NCBI RefSeq assembly: GCF_006345805.1
Contig: NC_043013.1
Location: forward strand, 50,468,001-50,532,000
Origin: Octopus sinensis
Taxonomy: Eukaryota
Length of the DNA stretch: 64,000 nt
Direction: 5' to 3'
Within the stretch, counting starts at the first letter, position 1. Each line of letters begins with the position of its first letter. The translations under genes were made by a program, and so were the position numbers. A model generated the notes under the pieces. The model searched no databases, was not told the origin of the DNA, and saw only the letters and a program-made list of their open reading frames with translations. Shown here in pieces: positions 22,804 to 35,663 of the stretch.

Positions 22804-23219
22804 CTCTTTTACTCTTTTACTCTTTTGCTTGTTTCAGTCATTTGACTGCGGCCATGCTGGAGCACCGCCTTTAGTCGAGCAAATCGACCCCAGGACTTAT
22901 TCTTTGTAAGCCCAGTACTTACTCTATCGGTCTCTTTTGCCGAACCGCTAAGTCACGGGGACATAAACATACCAGCATCGGTTGTCAAGCAATGCTAGAG
23001 GGACAAACACAGACACACAAACATACACACACACATATATATACACAAACATATATACGACAGGCTTCTTTCAGTTTCCGTCTACCAAATCCACTCACAA
23101 GGCATTGGTCGGCCCGGGGCTATAGCAGAAGACACTTGCCCAAGATGCCACGCAGTGGGACTGAACCCGGAACCATGTGGTTGGTAAGCAAGCTACTTAC
23201 CACAACAGCCACTCCTGCG

Positions 23220-23221
<2 letters not shown>
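22804..23221 (-). mobile_element. SINE family A, full length
   Basis: Complete head and tail motifs. Confidence 0.9.
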
Positions 23222-23270
<49 letters not shown>

Positions 23271-23399
23271 ATTGGAGAGAGAGAATTACTCATATACATT
23301 CACTTACATACATATATACGCACACACTCACTCATACACATGTAAATATACATTAAGATCTGTTACTTATTCTGTCTGTTTTACGAAATACACATGCAT

Positions 23400-23445
<46 letters not shown>

Positions 23446-23673
23446 AGGTATATTATATATATATAATATATAGAACGATAAGGAAATGGAGGTAAAACAA
23501 CAATGAGAAGTGTGTTTTTCGTGGCTAAAACGCCATTATATAATTAGTTAAGCAAGTGAGAGTAAGAGTGACTAATTACCTGCTACCGTATACCTAACCA
23601 TGCTTACTGAGGTAAATTACCAGGAGTGCCTTTGGATACATCTATCCCTTAAGGGTTAAACCCTCTAAATTTC

Positions 23674-23723
<50 letters not shown>

Positions 23724-23769
23724 AAATATTAGGGAATAATTAATATTATATATATATATATATATATCC

Positions 23770-23804
<35 letters not shown>

Positions 23805-23815
23805 GATATATATAT

Positions 23816-23956
23816 AATTATAAAAAAAACACTTTTTATCAATTCAATAATGAAATTTAAATTATACCATTTAGAAAAATTTCTGTAATATGTAATTTTC
23901 TAAATGGTATAATTTAATTTTTCATTATTGAATTGATAGGTGTTTTTTTCTAATTT
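23816..23956. mobile_element. Short fold-back MITE, same family as 13748-14068
   Basis: ttttatcaattcaataatgaaatttaaattataccatttagaaaa / ttttctaaatggtataatttaatttttcattattgaattgata, flanked by (TA)n. Confidence 0.7.
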
Positions 23957-24035
23957 ATATATATATATTTGTGAAATTTGATTTAGTATTTCTAAATTGA
24001 ATTTTTCCCTGTAAGTTTGGAATTCTATTCCCTCA

Positions 24036-24077
<42 letters not shown>

Positions 24078-24542
24078 ATATATGTGTGTGTGTATTTGTT
24101 AAAAACAGTTTGACACAGCTCGACATGGCTGAAAGTTTCGTGTGCACATAGGATACGTCTAACTCCTCAGATGCTAGGGACAGAGTGAAGAGAGTTTTGT
24201 GAGAAACTCAAGAGGCCTCTTTCAGCTCCGGTTACATCGCATTAAACATTAATACCAGGTGGCAGCTATTTTCTTAATTTTTTTGCCCACATTTTCGGGC
24301 AGGATGTTGGCGTCGATCTCGCGGCATGTAATGGCTTTGTGTAAACAGCGACACCAGTTCCTGCTCTTGCCTATGGTTAGAGTGGGGATTTTATAGTGGG
24401 GATGTTGACGTGACTCAGAGTCGTAACTCAAAGGAGTAATAATATAATATACATTAAGATACAGCAGTCTTTATAAGGGAGTAACAAAACTTGCCTGTCC
24501 TGTTTCATTTCGAGATTCCCTAACCGTCGAAGTGACTTTCCC

Positions 24543-24640
24543 AACATCAAACAGAATTTCATTTACAAGGTCCTTCCATACTCACCAGGGGCTCGCAATT
24601 GCCAATTCTGCTTCTTCGAGAAGGTACCTATTCTCCACCG
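24543..24640 (+). mobile_element. Penelope-like element GIY-YIG C-terminal remnant
   Basis: NIKQNFIYKVLPYSPGARNCQFCFFEKVPIL resembles the PYxxxxxxCxLCxxEKxxIL motif of PLE endonuclease tails. Confidence 0.45.
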
Positions 24641-24676
24641 ACCCGCAGTATCCACCAATAGGAAAAAAACAAACGA

Positions 24677-24943
24677 TAGGAGCAGGAGTGGTTGTGTGGT
24701 AAGTAGCTTGCTTACGAACAACGTAGTTCTGGGTTCAGCCCCACTGCGTGGCACCTTGGGCAAGTGTCTTCTACTATAGCCTCGGGCCGACCAAAGCCTT
24801 GTGGGTGGATTTGGTAGACGGAAACTGAAAGAATCCCGTCTTATATGTGTGTGTGTCTGTCTGTGTTTGTCCCCCACCATCGCTTGACAACCGATGCTGG
24901 TGCGTTTACGTCCCCATAACTTGGCGGTTCGGCATAAGAGACC
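24677..24943 (+). mobile_element. SINE family A, 3'-truncated at the PLE junction
   Basis: Head and middle present; stops at ggcataagagacc. Confidence 0.85.
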
Positions 24944-25750
24944 CTTTGTATAACCTACCACAGCTGCATGGGTTGGAGTACACGCAGTCTTTGGTCATAT
25001 TCTCTTCTATTGGTGGTTTTACTCGAAGGATATATTTGCGAAGTGTTGTATTACTCTTGAATACCATCCTGATGTCATATGGGCCGCATATCTTTTGTAT
25101 CTTTTCGGAGAGGCTTTTCACATAGTGTAGACAGACTGTGGACAGTTTACTGGTCTCATCCTCTCTCTTCATAAATGGAGTTGATAGTATACTTTTGGGG
25201 TAGTTGTTGCTTAACAGATCGTTACTGAGCTTGATCATTTCTTCGTGGTGCGTATCAGGATCGCTGCTTATATTCTTTGCTCGATGTTTAAGACACTGAG
25301 CAATCCCTCTCTTTACACTGTATGGATGGTGGGAATTGAAGTTGTGGTATCGTCCAGTAAAGGTCGGCTTGCGGTTTACGTATGTCCTGAATCCATGTGC
25401 GTGTTATTAATACGTCCAGGAATGCTAGCTGACTGTCTGTTTCCTTTTCCATTGTGAACTGCATGGATGGCTTTATTTAGGTCACATGATCTAACAGCAC
25501 TTGGACATCTTCATGTTGGGCGCCAGAGTATGAAGGTGTCATCAACATATTGCAGCCATAGGGTTGGTTTTAGTGGTGTTGATCCTAAAGCCAAATTCTC
25601 AAAGTATTCCATGTATATATTGGCTATTATCGGTGATAATGGCGAACCCATAGCTAAACCCTCTTCTTGTCGAAGTATATCAGTGTCCTTACTGAAGTAG
25701 GTAGTTTCTACACAGAAGGTCAACATTTCCATCGGGTTTCTTATTGGCAT
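24942..25750 (-). pseudogene. Penelope-like element reverse transcriptase / GIY-YIG fragment
   Basis: GLAMGSPLSPIIANIYME, WLQYVDDTF, YVNRKPTFTGRYHNFNSHHP, LSNNYPK, KDCVYSNPCSCGRLYKG; frameshifts present. Confidence 0.9.
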
Positions 25751-25909
25751 ACTAGAACAAACCCTGACCTCATAAGCTCTCGACCCTGGAAGATCCCGAG
25801 GAATTTCATCTTTTTCATGTCACATCTAGATCATTAACGGGAAATTTCATGCATAACGACATCGTTACTGAAACATGAAATTAATGAATACCGAATACAA
25901 TTATGTATA

Positions 25910-26160
25910 TTATTACCTCCGCCTTAGCGAAGGCGGAGGTATTGTTTTCAGTCGCGTTTGTTTGTTTGTCCGCGGACATGATATCTCAAGAACCGCTGGA
26001 TGGATTCGGATGAAACTTTCAGGGATGTTTGACCCCGTAACTGGCATGAAGTGATTAAATTTTGGGATCGATCCGGTAACGGATAAGGATTCATTTTTAG
26101 TATTCTCGTTTGTAAGAGCAGTCTACTTTATTTAAATTATTCCCATTTTAAAACCCTTCT
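25910..26160 (+). mobile_element. Helentron-associated non-autonomous element (HINE/DINE-like)
   Basis: ttattacctccgcc ttagcga aggcggagg hairpin, then gtttgtttgtttgtcc...gatatctcaagaaccgctggatggattcggatgaaacttt. Confidence 0.55.
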
Positions 26161-26422
26161 CAGGCTAATCGTTGAGAAGACGTTGGCATTACCGTTGTTT
26201 GAGTCAGTCATTTGTGATCACGCTTTGATTGAAGAGGGTTGTCTTTTTAAGACTGTCCGTTGAATACATTGTGGATGGTCGTCGACCCAATTGTCCACAT
26301 ATGTAGAGTAAGAGGTCATATGTGGACGCAGTGCCCCAAGCACGAACATACTCAGAGTGAGAAGGTAGTGGAAAAAGACCAAGAAATGGAGAGGGAAGAA
26401 AAAATTGAAACAAAGAAAGACA

Positions 26423-26836
26423 GGCGCAGGAGTGGCTGTGTGGTAAGTAGCTTGTTTACCAACCACATGGTTCCGGGTTCAGTCCCACTGCGTGGCACCT
26501 TGGGTAAGTGTCTTCTACTATAGCCTCGGGCCGACCAAAGCCTTGTGAGTGGATTTGGTAGACGGAAACTGAAAGAAGCCTGTCGTATATATGTATATAT
26601 ATATATATATATGCGTGTGTGTGTTTGCGTGTCTGTGTTTGTCCCTCTAGCATTGCTTGACAACCGATGCTGGTGTGTTTACGTCCCCGTCACTTAGCGG
26701 TTCGGCAATAGAGACCGATAGCATAAGCACTGGGCTTACAAAGAATAAGTCCCGGGGTCGAGTTGCTCGATTAAGGCGGTGCTCCAGCATGGCCGCAGTC
26801 AAATGACTAAAACAAGTAAAAGAGTAAAAGAGTAAA
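26423..26836 (+). mobile_element. SINE family A, full length
   Basis: Complete motifs, (gtaaaaga)n tail. Confidence 0.9.
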
Positions 26837-27404
26837 AAGACAGAGAGGACAAAAGCGATGCAAAGTGCGTCAGAGATAGAAAAGAGAAAGAAAAGACTGA
26901 GGAAGACAGAAGGAAAGCGGCAAAGGAGGGGAGTGACGGGTTTGTCAGCCCCCAAAAGAGAAAGAAGGCAAAGTCAAGTGAACACTCGCGGAGGCCAGCA
27001 GCAGAAACAGAGAGGACGCCCCAAAAAGGTAGGGACCCGTCTAAACTCGAGCATGCAAATACAGTACAGGCAGAACCAAAAGAGAAGGAAGAGAAAGAAT
27101 ATAAACGTAAGGGATTCTTAATCAACTACGTAAAGAGTGTGGAGACGGAAAGAAGAATATCCAAGAGGAAAGGTTTGGTAAGGGGGAAGCTGCGCAGGGA
27201 GGAATTCAAGGAGTGTCAAGGGTGTGTTCTGTCGAACGACGGGAGATACGAGGGGTTCATGGATTCTTATCGTGGACAGGTGACAATGATTAACGGGCCG
27301 ATGTTGTATAATGTAATGCCACCCGTGGTGGAACATGCAGGGTTTAAAACTTTTAGAGAAATAATATTTAAATGTATTATGAACAATATCCATACATCAT
27401 TATA

Positions 27405-27818
27405 GGCGCAGGAGTGGCTGTGTGGTAAGTAGCTTGCTAATCAACCACATGGTTCCAGGTTCAGTCCCACTGCATGGCATCTTGGGGAAGTGTCTTCTGG
27501 TATAGCCCCGGGCCGACCAATGCCTTGTGAGTGGGTTTGGTAGACGGAAACTGAAAGAAGCCTGTCGTATATATGTATATATATGTGTGTATGTTTGTGT
27601 GTCTCTGTTTGCACCTCTAGCATTGCTTGACAACCAATGCTGGTGTGTTTACGTCCCCGTCACTTAGCGGTTCGGCAAAAGAGACCGATAGAATAAGTAC
27701 TGGGCTTACAAAGAATAAGTCCCGGGGTCGATTTGCTCGACTAAAAAAAAGGCGGTGCTCCAGCATGGCCGCAGTCAAATGACTGAAACAAGTAAAAGAG
27801 TAAAAGAGTAAAAGAGTA
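27405..27818 (+). mobile_element. SINE family A, full length
   Basis: Complete motifs. Confidence 0.9.
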
Positions 27819-27920
27819 ATATAAAAAATGATGATGAAAATGTGAAAGAGAGAAAAAAAAGAAAGAAAAAAACTGCCCCAAATCATACAGTTCTATATTC
27901 AAGAGATGAGGAATTATGTA

Positions 27921-28171
27921 CATTATTTACATTATTTACATTTAACGGATATTTGTCCTCATCTTGTTTGTTGTTAACACAACGTTTCGGCTGATATACC
28001 CTCCGGCCTTCATCGGGTGTCTTGGGGGAAATTTCGAACCTGGGTTCTCATTCCTAAGGTATTTTCCCAAGACACCTGATGAAGGCTGGAGGGTATATCA
28101 GCCGAAACGTTGTGTTAACAACAAAGAAGATGAGGACAAATATACGTCAAATGTAAATAATGTAAATAATG
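27921..28171. repeat. Inverted pair of Penelope-type terminal repeats (arms about 105 bp, spacer about 39 bp)
   Basis: 27921-28026 is the reverse complement of 28066-28171; each arm carries a hammerhead motif. Confidence 0.85.
28071..28116 (+). ncRNA. Type I minimal hammerhead ribozyme, intact core
   Basis: gacac CTGATGA A GGCTG gagggtatat CAGCC GAAAC GTT gtgtt: stem I 5 bp, stem II 5 bp, self-complementary stem III (AACGTT), GUU triplet. Confidence 0.72.
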
Positions 28172-28759
28172 CCCAAAATCATATCTAAATGTAACCACTC
28201 GACTTCGGGGATCGAGTGGGCATTGCGCCTCATTTTATTATTATTCATAATTTCATTCGTTTCTTTTATTCTTTCTCCTTTGCTTGATTTCCTTTTTGTA
28301 TTTTTAATTCCCCGATTTTATGCTTTGTATTGTCTTTTGTATTGTATAATCCCCTATATTTAGCCCCTTGTGGGTAAAAGAGAACAAAACGAGGACGTTG
28401 GTGTTGCCTCGGCGGAGGTTCACGCTCTCTGAGTGTTCTTGTTACTAACGAAATACATCGCATGATCTAAGAAAAATGAGTTTAAAATTGTTTGGTATGT
28501 GTTACCACACCTTTTCTTTTTATGTTTTCGCCCCCACTAACCTTAGAACCTAGCTTCACCTCTGCCTCGAAGAGCTTGCACCAAACACTGGCAATAAGAG
28601 AACTATACTAACCCCCGAACTAATCGCCAAGGTTCCATCCGCTCCAACTGGAGTGAGAGCCATTTTAGATTCCAAATGACCACAATGTTACGAAAACCTG
28701 TCAAAAGACTTGAAATATCTTCGTGGAATTGTTATGTTTTTTGTTTTTATATATTTTCC

Positions 28760-29157
28760 CTGGTTTCAGTCATTAGACTGCGGCCATGCTGGGGCACCGC
28801 GTTGTGGATTTTTAGTTGAATGAATCAACCCCCATACTCGTTTTATCAGCCTTTCTTTACCGAACTACAATCTTGCAGGAACGTAAACACACAAACACTG
28901 GTTGTCAAGTAGTGAGCGAGGGGAGGGATACAGACACGGATGAGGTGCGCGTGGAACACACACACACACACACACACACAGTCACATCACACACAAAACG
29001 GGTTTCTTGTAATTTCCGTCGACCAAATTCACTAACAAGGACTTGGTCGGCCTGAAGCTATGGTAGAAGACACCTGCCCATGGTATCACGTAGTGGGACT
29101 GAACCTGGAACCATGTGGTTGGGAGACAAACTTCTTACCACACAGCCACTCCTGCGC
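28760..29157 (-). mobile_element. SINE family A, diverged full length
   Basis: Tail ttcagtcattagactgcggccatgctggggcaccg and head accacacagccactcctgcgc. Confidence 0.8.
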
Positions 29158-29285
29158 AAACATCTCGATTTTCAACTGAGATCACAGATGGGCCCGGATC
29201 ACGACAAGAAACTCAAATGAGGGCAACACTGGTGTTGCATTAAATATGATATACAGATGGCCATTTTGATCTAATATTGCTTCTG

Positions 29286-29321
<36 letters not shown>

Positions 29322-29334
29322 ACATACAGTCTCT

Positions 29335-29367
<33 letters not shown>

Positions 29368-30105
29368 ACACATACACACACACGCACACACACATACTCA
29401 TAGTCACACACACACGCATACACACATACAGTCACACACACACACACGCACACACACGTACCCGCATGCACGCACATACATGCATACTCCCCTGTCACTA
29501 CCCCTGTCCAGTAACGCAGTAATCAGGGGATTATTTCTATTAGAAGCCTTAATCAACGACGCTATTGTTCACCAAAGCTCCATGAACATATAAATAAATA
29601 AAATTTCCGAGCCCAGAAACTGACTTCTAGGTTTACTTAGTCTGCTGGAAATAGCAGCTAAATGTCTCTCAAACAACATCCTACCTTTTTAGATAAAGAA
29701 AAACAGATTTAACTATGTAATTAATGATATAGAAAGCCTAGATGGCCACGGTTGGAGCTCCTTTGATGATAGGTCTTTTGATAGGGATCTCATGGATAAT
29801 GATATAAGGGATTGCTGTGTTAGTATTTCTTTGAAATAAAATAGGTTTATGCTGCATATATAAAGATATTTTAGTATCCCCCATCAAAATTTGATTCATT
29901 CGAGAAGTCTCTACCTCCAAATGTGGCCAACCCCGTCTAAAGAACTTTTCGTTTAGAAAATATTCACTCACATCCGTAAAAATAACGTTTCAAGGGAAAT
30001 AATGGCGTTTTTTATAGTTATGAGTTATTTCCCTTAGTACAAATTAACTAGTTTAGATTTTGAAAAGCACAGGCGCTACTGTATGCTTAAGAGATTTGAA
30101 TCGCT

Positions 30106-30136
<31 letters not shown>

Positions 30137-30223
30137 GTCTATCTGTCTATCTGTCTGTCTGTCTGTCTGTCTGTGTCTGTCTGTGTCTGTCTGTCTGTCT
30201 GTCTGTCTCTGTCTGTCTATCTA

Positions 30224-30288
<65 letters not shown>

Positions 30289-30756
30289 AATATTCGTAGC
30301 CACTTTAACATGGCTGTCCGTTCGAGTGGACTCTACTGTGATCTTTTAACCCTAAAAGGACATCTCCTCCAGCTGGTTAACAATGCACAGTTGCATCCGA
30401 TAGAATTGTGAGCAATCAAAAGTGCAGAAGTGGCATACTCCGAATGAATAAGGTGAGGTAATCCAGTGGTAGAGAGAGACCCACGAATCAGATACTCCAA
30501 AACAGTCGGAAGGACGGGGGTCCGTGTGAGCGTGCAGTAAATAGTCAATTGTAAAAAATCACAAAGAGAAAAAGAAAACAAACAAACAAACAAACGTGCG
30601 GACGCAGCACAAGCAATGTATGAATAAGACGCTCGGAGAAGGTAAAAGAGTAGTAGCTTAACTACGTCGGTCCATCGCAAGGTGAGCTGCAAGATGCAGG
30701 AGGAAAGAGTGTGAGAGAAAGTTGTGGCGAAAGAGTCAGCTGAAGTTCGTCATTAC

Positions 30757-30885
30757 CTCCTGCCGGAGTCGCATCGAGATTAGGTATTTCGCTCAAAAAC
30801 ACATACATCGCCCGGTTGAGATTCGAACCCGCGATTCCTCGACCGCGAGTGCTCTGCTCTAACCACTAGGCCAGGTACCTCCACG
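30757..30885 (-). mobile_element. tRNA-derived SINE head (A box tggcctagtggtta, B box ggttcgaatc)
   Basis: Reverse complement ggaggtacctggcctagtggttagagcagagcactcgcggtcgaggaatcgcgggttcgaatctc; anticodon stem does not pair. Confidence 0.65.
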
Positions 30886-31037
30886 AGGTACATGTTAGTG
30901 TTGAACATTCTGGATATACTGTTTGCGGAGTTATCATATAACAAAACAGGAAGTTAGAAGAATTTATCAGTACAAGTAAGATCCATGTAAATTCCACGGA
31001 AGGGGAAAAATTAAGGAGACCTATTTAAGAAAGAGGC

Positions 31038-31450
31038 TCTTTTCGGTTTGAACGGCAGTTTTTTCTAGCGGTGTCATATGAAATTGTCACCCATAATTAT
31101 GACCCTAGTATCGATCTATTGCATTTCAATCTGTTTTAGGGTTAGGGTTAGGGGTGGGGAGAAGGGTATCTTTTTTTCTTCACAAATGTAAATAAACCCA
31201 ATCTGTTTCTTAAACGAGGGACATATTCATACCTCACAGAATGTTTTTTTTACCTCAATAGACGTCAGTGATTGGTTGAAATTGCAGAAATTGATGAAAA
31301 AATACAACAAATATCTTACAAACTATAGAATTTTCTCAATAAAGCCAAGAGAAAACGATGTTTTATAAACACATTCTACCAGTATACGAAGTTTAAAAGT
31401 TTTTAGTTACCTAGAAATTATGTTAAAATCTGCCGTTCAAACCGAAAAGA
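31038..31450. mobile_element. MITE with perfect 21-bp TIRs
   Basis: tcttttcggtttgaacggcag (31038-31058) / ctgccgttcaaaccgaaaaga (31430-31450). Confidence 0.8.
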
Positions 31451-31670
31451 TCCAAGAAAGAAAGGAGGATTTGCATTTTGACAGCATTCATAAGTTTAGC
31501 TTTCTTTAAATATTCTTCCCGTTCGTCTGCATTCATTTCCTCACGTCTCCGTCGGTGTTGTTGTTTTTCCCCTTATTTCATTACATCTTCTCGCTGTTCC
31601 TCTCTGCTCCGTGCTCTATATCTGTGCACCCTTCCTCGGGTAGCATGCAACCGTGTTTCTTGTGAATCCG

Positions 31671-31925
31671 AGGCTGATTCGCTAGTGTAAAGGTAACACA
31701 CTTAGTCGCGTTAACAAAGGGATGTGGGTTCGACTCCCACGTGGATAGGAAAGCCCTTTTTTTCTGTCAAGGGCTTATATGCCCCTTTATTAGACTATTT
31801 TCCTAAGTCATTGCACGGTGATCGCCATAAGCTTTAAGCTTATATAAAAAAAAATGCCATTATTATTATTTACAGAATTGTAAACTCGGCGCCGTATAAA
31901 AAACCATTCGCATCGAAAGCATATA
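31671..31925 (+). mobile_element. tRNA-headed SINE family D
   Basis: A-box-like tagtgtaaagg (31683-31693), B box ggttcgactcc (31727-31737); body shared with 4915-5296 and 31994-32193. Confidence 0.75.
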
Positions 31926-31993
31926 GAAAATTTGTTTACATAAAAACAAACACGAACTATCATAGTTCTTAAATTTAACAGAAAGACATGGGC

Positions 31994-32193
31994 AGGCTGA
32001 TTCGCTGGTGTAAAGGTAAAACAATTGGTCGCGTTAATAAAGGGATGTGGGTTCGACTCTTATGCAGATAGGAAAGCCTTCTTTTTTTCTGTCGAGGGCT
32101 TATGTGCCCCTTTATTAGACTATTTTCCTTATGCATTGCACGGGATTGCTTTAAGCTTATATAAAAATACTATTATTATAATTTACAGGATTG
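31994..32193 (+). mobile_element. SINE family D, second copy, 3'-truncated
   Basis: aggctgattcgctggtgtaaagg...ggttcgactc...ttttctgtcgagggcttat. Confidence 0.75.
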
Positions 32194-32629
32194 TTAACCC
32201 TTATAAATAGAAATCAATTTTTTAAAAGCAAGGAGGCGATAAATAACTGCAAATGCGTATGCGATGGTCGCTATAAGAAACAATAGTTGAATAAAAAGAT
32301 TACTTTCCAAAATCAACACATCGCCATCACCAGAGCACCACTGCTCTCGGTCCCTCGCTCGATATAACTGCCTCCCCTGTCCATCTCTCTCTGTCTACCT
32401 TTCCCTTCTGCTAACTTTCTAAACACGTAATAAGTATTTCTGCTCCCACCCTACCACGCGTCCTTAACACTTCTCTCTCCCTCTTCTTCTCTCGTTCTTC
32501 GCCTCTACCTTCAGCCGACCACGTGAGAATTTGGTCTAACTGTATTAATATTAATCACCTTTCTCTACTTCTTCCTCTCGTCTTTCTTCACTCCACCCTC
32601 TCTCTCTCACTCTTACTCCACCTCTCTCT

Positions 32630-33024
32630 TTTTACTCTTTTACTTGTTTCAGTCATTTGACTGCGGCCATGCTGGAGCACCGCCTTTAGTCGAGCAAATC
32701 GACCCCAGGAATTATTCTTTGTAAGCCTAGTACTTATTCTATCGGTCTCACTTGCCGAACTGCTCAGTTACGGGGACGTAAACACACCAGCATCGGTTGT
32801 CAAGCGATGTTGGGGAGGCACAAACACAGACATATACACATACACACACACATATATATATATGCATATATACGACGGGCTTCTTTCAGTTTCCGTCTAT
32901 CAAATCCACTCACAAGGCTTTGGTCGACCCGAGGCTATAGTAGAAGACACTTTCCCAAGGTGCCACGCAGTGGGGCTGAACCCGGAGCCATGTGGTTGGG
33001 AAGCAAGCTACTTACCACACAGCC
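32630..33024 (-). mobile_element. SINE family A, full length
   Basis: Complete motifs. Confidence 0.9.
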
Positions 33025-33169
33025 TCTTTTACTTTTTACAGTTTGACAAGAAAGATGACAAAATTAAATATTTATAAATTTTATAAAAAAAATTTCAGGG
33101 GAAACAACTTAAAATTTATTGCTAGAATTACATCCCTTGATTTTGCTTGTAACTTATTTTTCTATCCTA

Positions 33170-33562
33170 GTCACAAGGCCCGAAATTTTGGGGGCGGGGG
33201 CCAGTCGATTAGATCGACCCCAGTACGCAACAGCTACTTAATTTATCGACCCCGAAAGTCAACCTCAAGTCCACCAAAAGTCAACCTCATCGGAATTTGA
33301 ACTCAGAACGCAAAGACAGGTGAAATACCTATTTCTTTACTACCCACAAGGGGCTAAACACAAAGAGAACAAACAAGGACAGACAAACGGATTAAGTCGA
33401 TTACATCGATCCCAGTGCGTAACTGGTACTTATTTAATAGACCCCAAAAGGATGAAGGGCAAAGTCGACCTCGGCGGAATTTGAACTCAGACCGTTACGG
33501 CAGACGAAATACGGCTACGCATTTCGCGAAGCGTGCTAACGTTTCTGCCAGCTCGCCGCCTT
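33170..33562 (-). mobile_element. SINE family B monomer plus partial second unit
   Basis: Restart junction aaatag|gtatttc near 33329. Confidence 0.87.
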
Positions 33563-33864
33563 TACTGTGTTATTCTTGGCTGATGGGTGAACGAAGACTT
33601 GGTTTTCGGATTATCGAGTCATTTTCTATGCGACTTTAAATCTCAGTCCTAACTGCTGTACGGGTTTATTTCAGAGACAAGAGATAAACTCTTAGTAAGT
33701 GGAATTAGCAATATTTCGGTCGCATTTGAATACATTTTTTTCGTTTCTTTCACGCCGATAAGAAACTTTTGAAATACATTAATACCTCAGTTTACGAAGT
33801 CCCGCTTTACGAGACTCAGGGTTTACGAATTTTATTTTTCAGCTTACGGTCTATATGGTGAGTT

Positions 33865-34626
33865 GAAATACTAAGGAGTAAATTTATTCAATAAAATCGC
33901 TATTGGCTTCAACCACAGCCTCTGGACAACTTCGGAATCTTCTGCAACTCTTCTGAACGGTCTCCTTGTTTAAATTGGTAAATGTTGCCAGAATCCTTGC
34001 TTTCAGTTCATCTTTGGTGTTACAAGGAGTTTTGTTGGTCTTTCGCTCAACTCCACCCCACACATAACAATCAAGGGGGGTTGCAGTCTGGGGAGATAGG
34101 TGACCAAATTTTAGGGGTGATGTTGTCGCAGAAATTGTCTGATAGCCATGACTGGCTTCTCCTGCTTGTGTGGCATGATACAGAGGCCTGTTGTCAGACA
34201 CAGGGTCTTCCAGAAGCCACCCTCTTAACTCAGGGCCGTACTATCTCCTCCAGGCACTTGATGTAGACCTCTGTGTTGAGATTGAAGCTGTGTAGGAAGA
34301 TGAATGGAGGCATAACGTCACCATCACTAGTGATCACTTCAAACACCATGATGTTGACTGGATGTTTGATTTTTATCACTCTCGGTACATGTCCTCAGAT
34401 TGCACTGTCCTCGGACTGATACCCACACTCTCTCAAATGTTTTTATTAGAGCTTCTGGTGCAATTTCAAATTTCTGGCAGAGTAAATTGTGTCATGGTGC
34501 TGTTTTCCTCACTGACAGTGCCCAGCTGACCCTACGATACTGTGTAGTTGACAAAATCAAGAACAAACAATGTGCATGCGCGAAATTAAAATTATAAAAT
34601 GGTGGCAATTTACCCATCATACCCTG
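33865..34626 (-). mobile_element. Internally deleted maT/DD37D-type Tc1-mariner, same family as 38866-40128
   Basis: 5' TIR cagggtatgatgggtaaattg; residual KIKHPVNIMVF...PLDCYVWG...KELKARI...DFIE*. Confidence 0.85.
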
Positions 34627-34721
34627 AACATACATACATACACACGTGTATATAGATATAGATAAATAAATATATAGATACCACACACATACATACATGA
34701 ATACATATATATATATATATA

Positions 34722-34938
34722 TTCTTTTAATCTTTTATTTGTTTCTGTCATTTGACTGCGGCCATGCCGGAGCACTGCCTTTAGTTGAGCAAATCGACCC
34801 CAGGACTTATTCTCTGTAAGGCTAGTACTTATTCTATCGGTCTCTCTTGCCGAACCGCTAAGTGACGGAGACGTAAACACACCAGAATCGGTTGTTAAGT
34901 GATGTTGGGGGGACAAACACAGACACACAAACATATAC

Positions 34939-34969
<31 letters not shown>

Positions 34970-35129
34970 ACGGCTTCTTTCAGTTTCCGTCCACCAAATC
35001 CACTCACAAGGCTTTGGTCAGCCTGAGGCTATAGTAGAAGACACTTGCCCAAGGTACCACGCAGTGGGTCTGAACCTGGAACCATGTGGTTCGTGAGCAA
35101 GCTACTTACCACACAGCCACTCCTGGGCC
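34722..35129 (-). mobile_element. SINE family A, full length
   Basis: Complete motifs. Confidence 0.9.
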
Positions 35130-35219
35130 TTATATATATATATAAAGAGCAGTTAAAGCTGAACTCAAACATGTTGAATGGCCTTTGTTTTTAAAATAAA
35201 AATAAAATGAAAACAGACG

Positions 35220-35580
35220 TTTCTCGTTGCTACGAAAATGTCATAAGGCGAGCTAGGTAGATGAAGTCTATTTTATTACTTATTGTGGTCAATAGAAAAC
35301 TAGTTTCCCGATTAATGTACAAACTAAAGAAATCAATTTTTAAAAAGGTAAATATAGATGAAGGTAAATATAATTGATAGCTATTATATTTTTTCTTAGA
35401 ATATGTCATACACAACTGAAGATCGAAAAATGTGCTTCTAAATGAAGTTAATTCTTTAAAAATCGATTTATTTGGTTTCTACGTTGATCGTGAAATTAGT
35501 TTTGTATTGACCACAATAACTAATAAAATAGGCTTCATTTATCTTGCTCGCCTTTCAGCATGTTCGTACCAAGGAGAAAA
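35220..35580. repeat. Diverged inverted repeat / MITE (arms about 125 bp, spacer about 110 bp)
   Basis: aaggcgagctaggtagatgaagtctattttattacttattgtggtcaata mirrors tattgaccacaataactaataaaataggcttcatttatcttgctcgcctt. Confidence 0.7.
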
Positions 35581-35601
35581 GTTCATCTGTTTCTTATATA
35601 T

Positions 35602-35661
<60 letters not shown>

Positions 35662-35663
<2 letters not shown>

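Noticed and set aside
23640-23665. piggyBac-like TTAA-CCC end (also 30346, 52342)
   Set aside because: No matching second terminus or transposase found
26860-27400. Possible degenerate Penelope RT or host exon
   Set aside because: Only a faint resemblance to RT motifs, with stops; no diagnostic residues
30790-30885. Possible tRNA-Arg gene on the minus strand
   Set aside because: Anticodon and acceptor stems do not pair; SINE head
31136-31160. Interstitial telomere
   Set aside because: Only about 3 TTAGGG units, inside a MITE
31480-31670. Charged helical peptide on the minus strand resembling a Helitron N-terminus
   Set aside because: Short, interrupted by a stop, and no Rep/helicase motifs nearby
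31671-31745. Possible tRNA gene
   Set aside because: A and B boxes are present but there is no proper cloverleaf, and it continues into a repeated body, so it is a SINE head
35415-35432. CTGAAGA..GAAA in a MITE spacer
   Set aside because: No room for stem II and no stem I/III pairing; chance match
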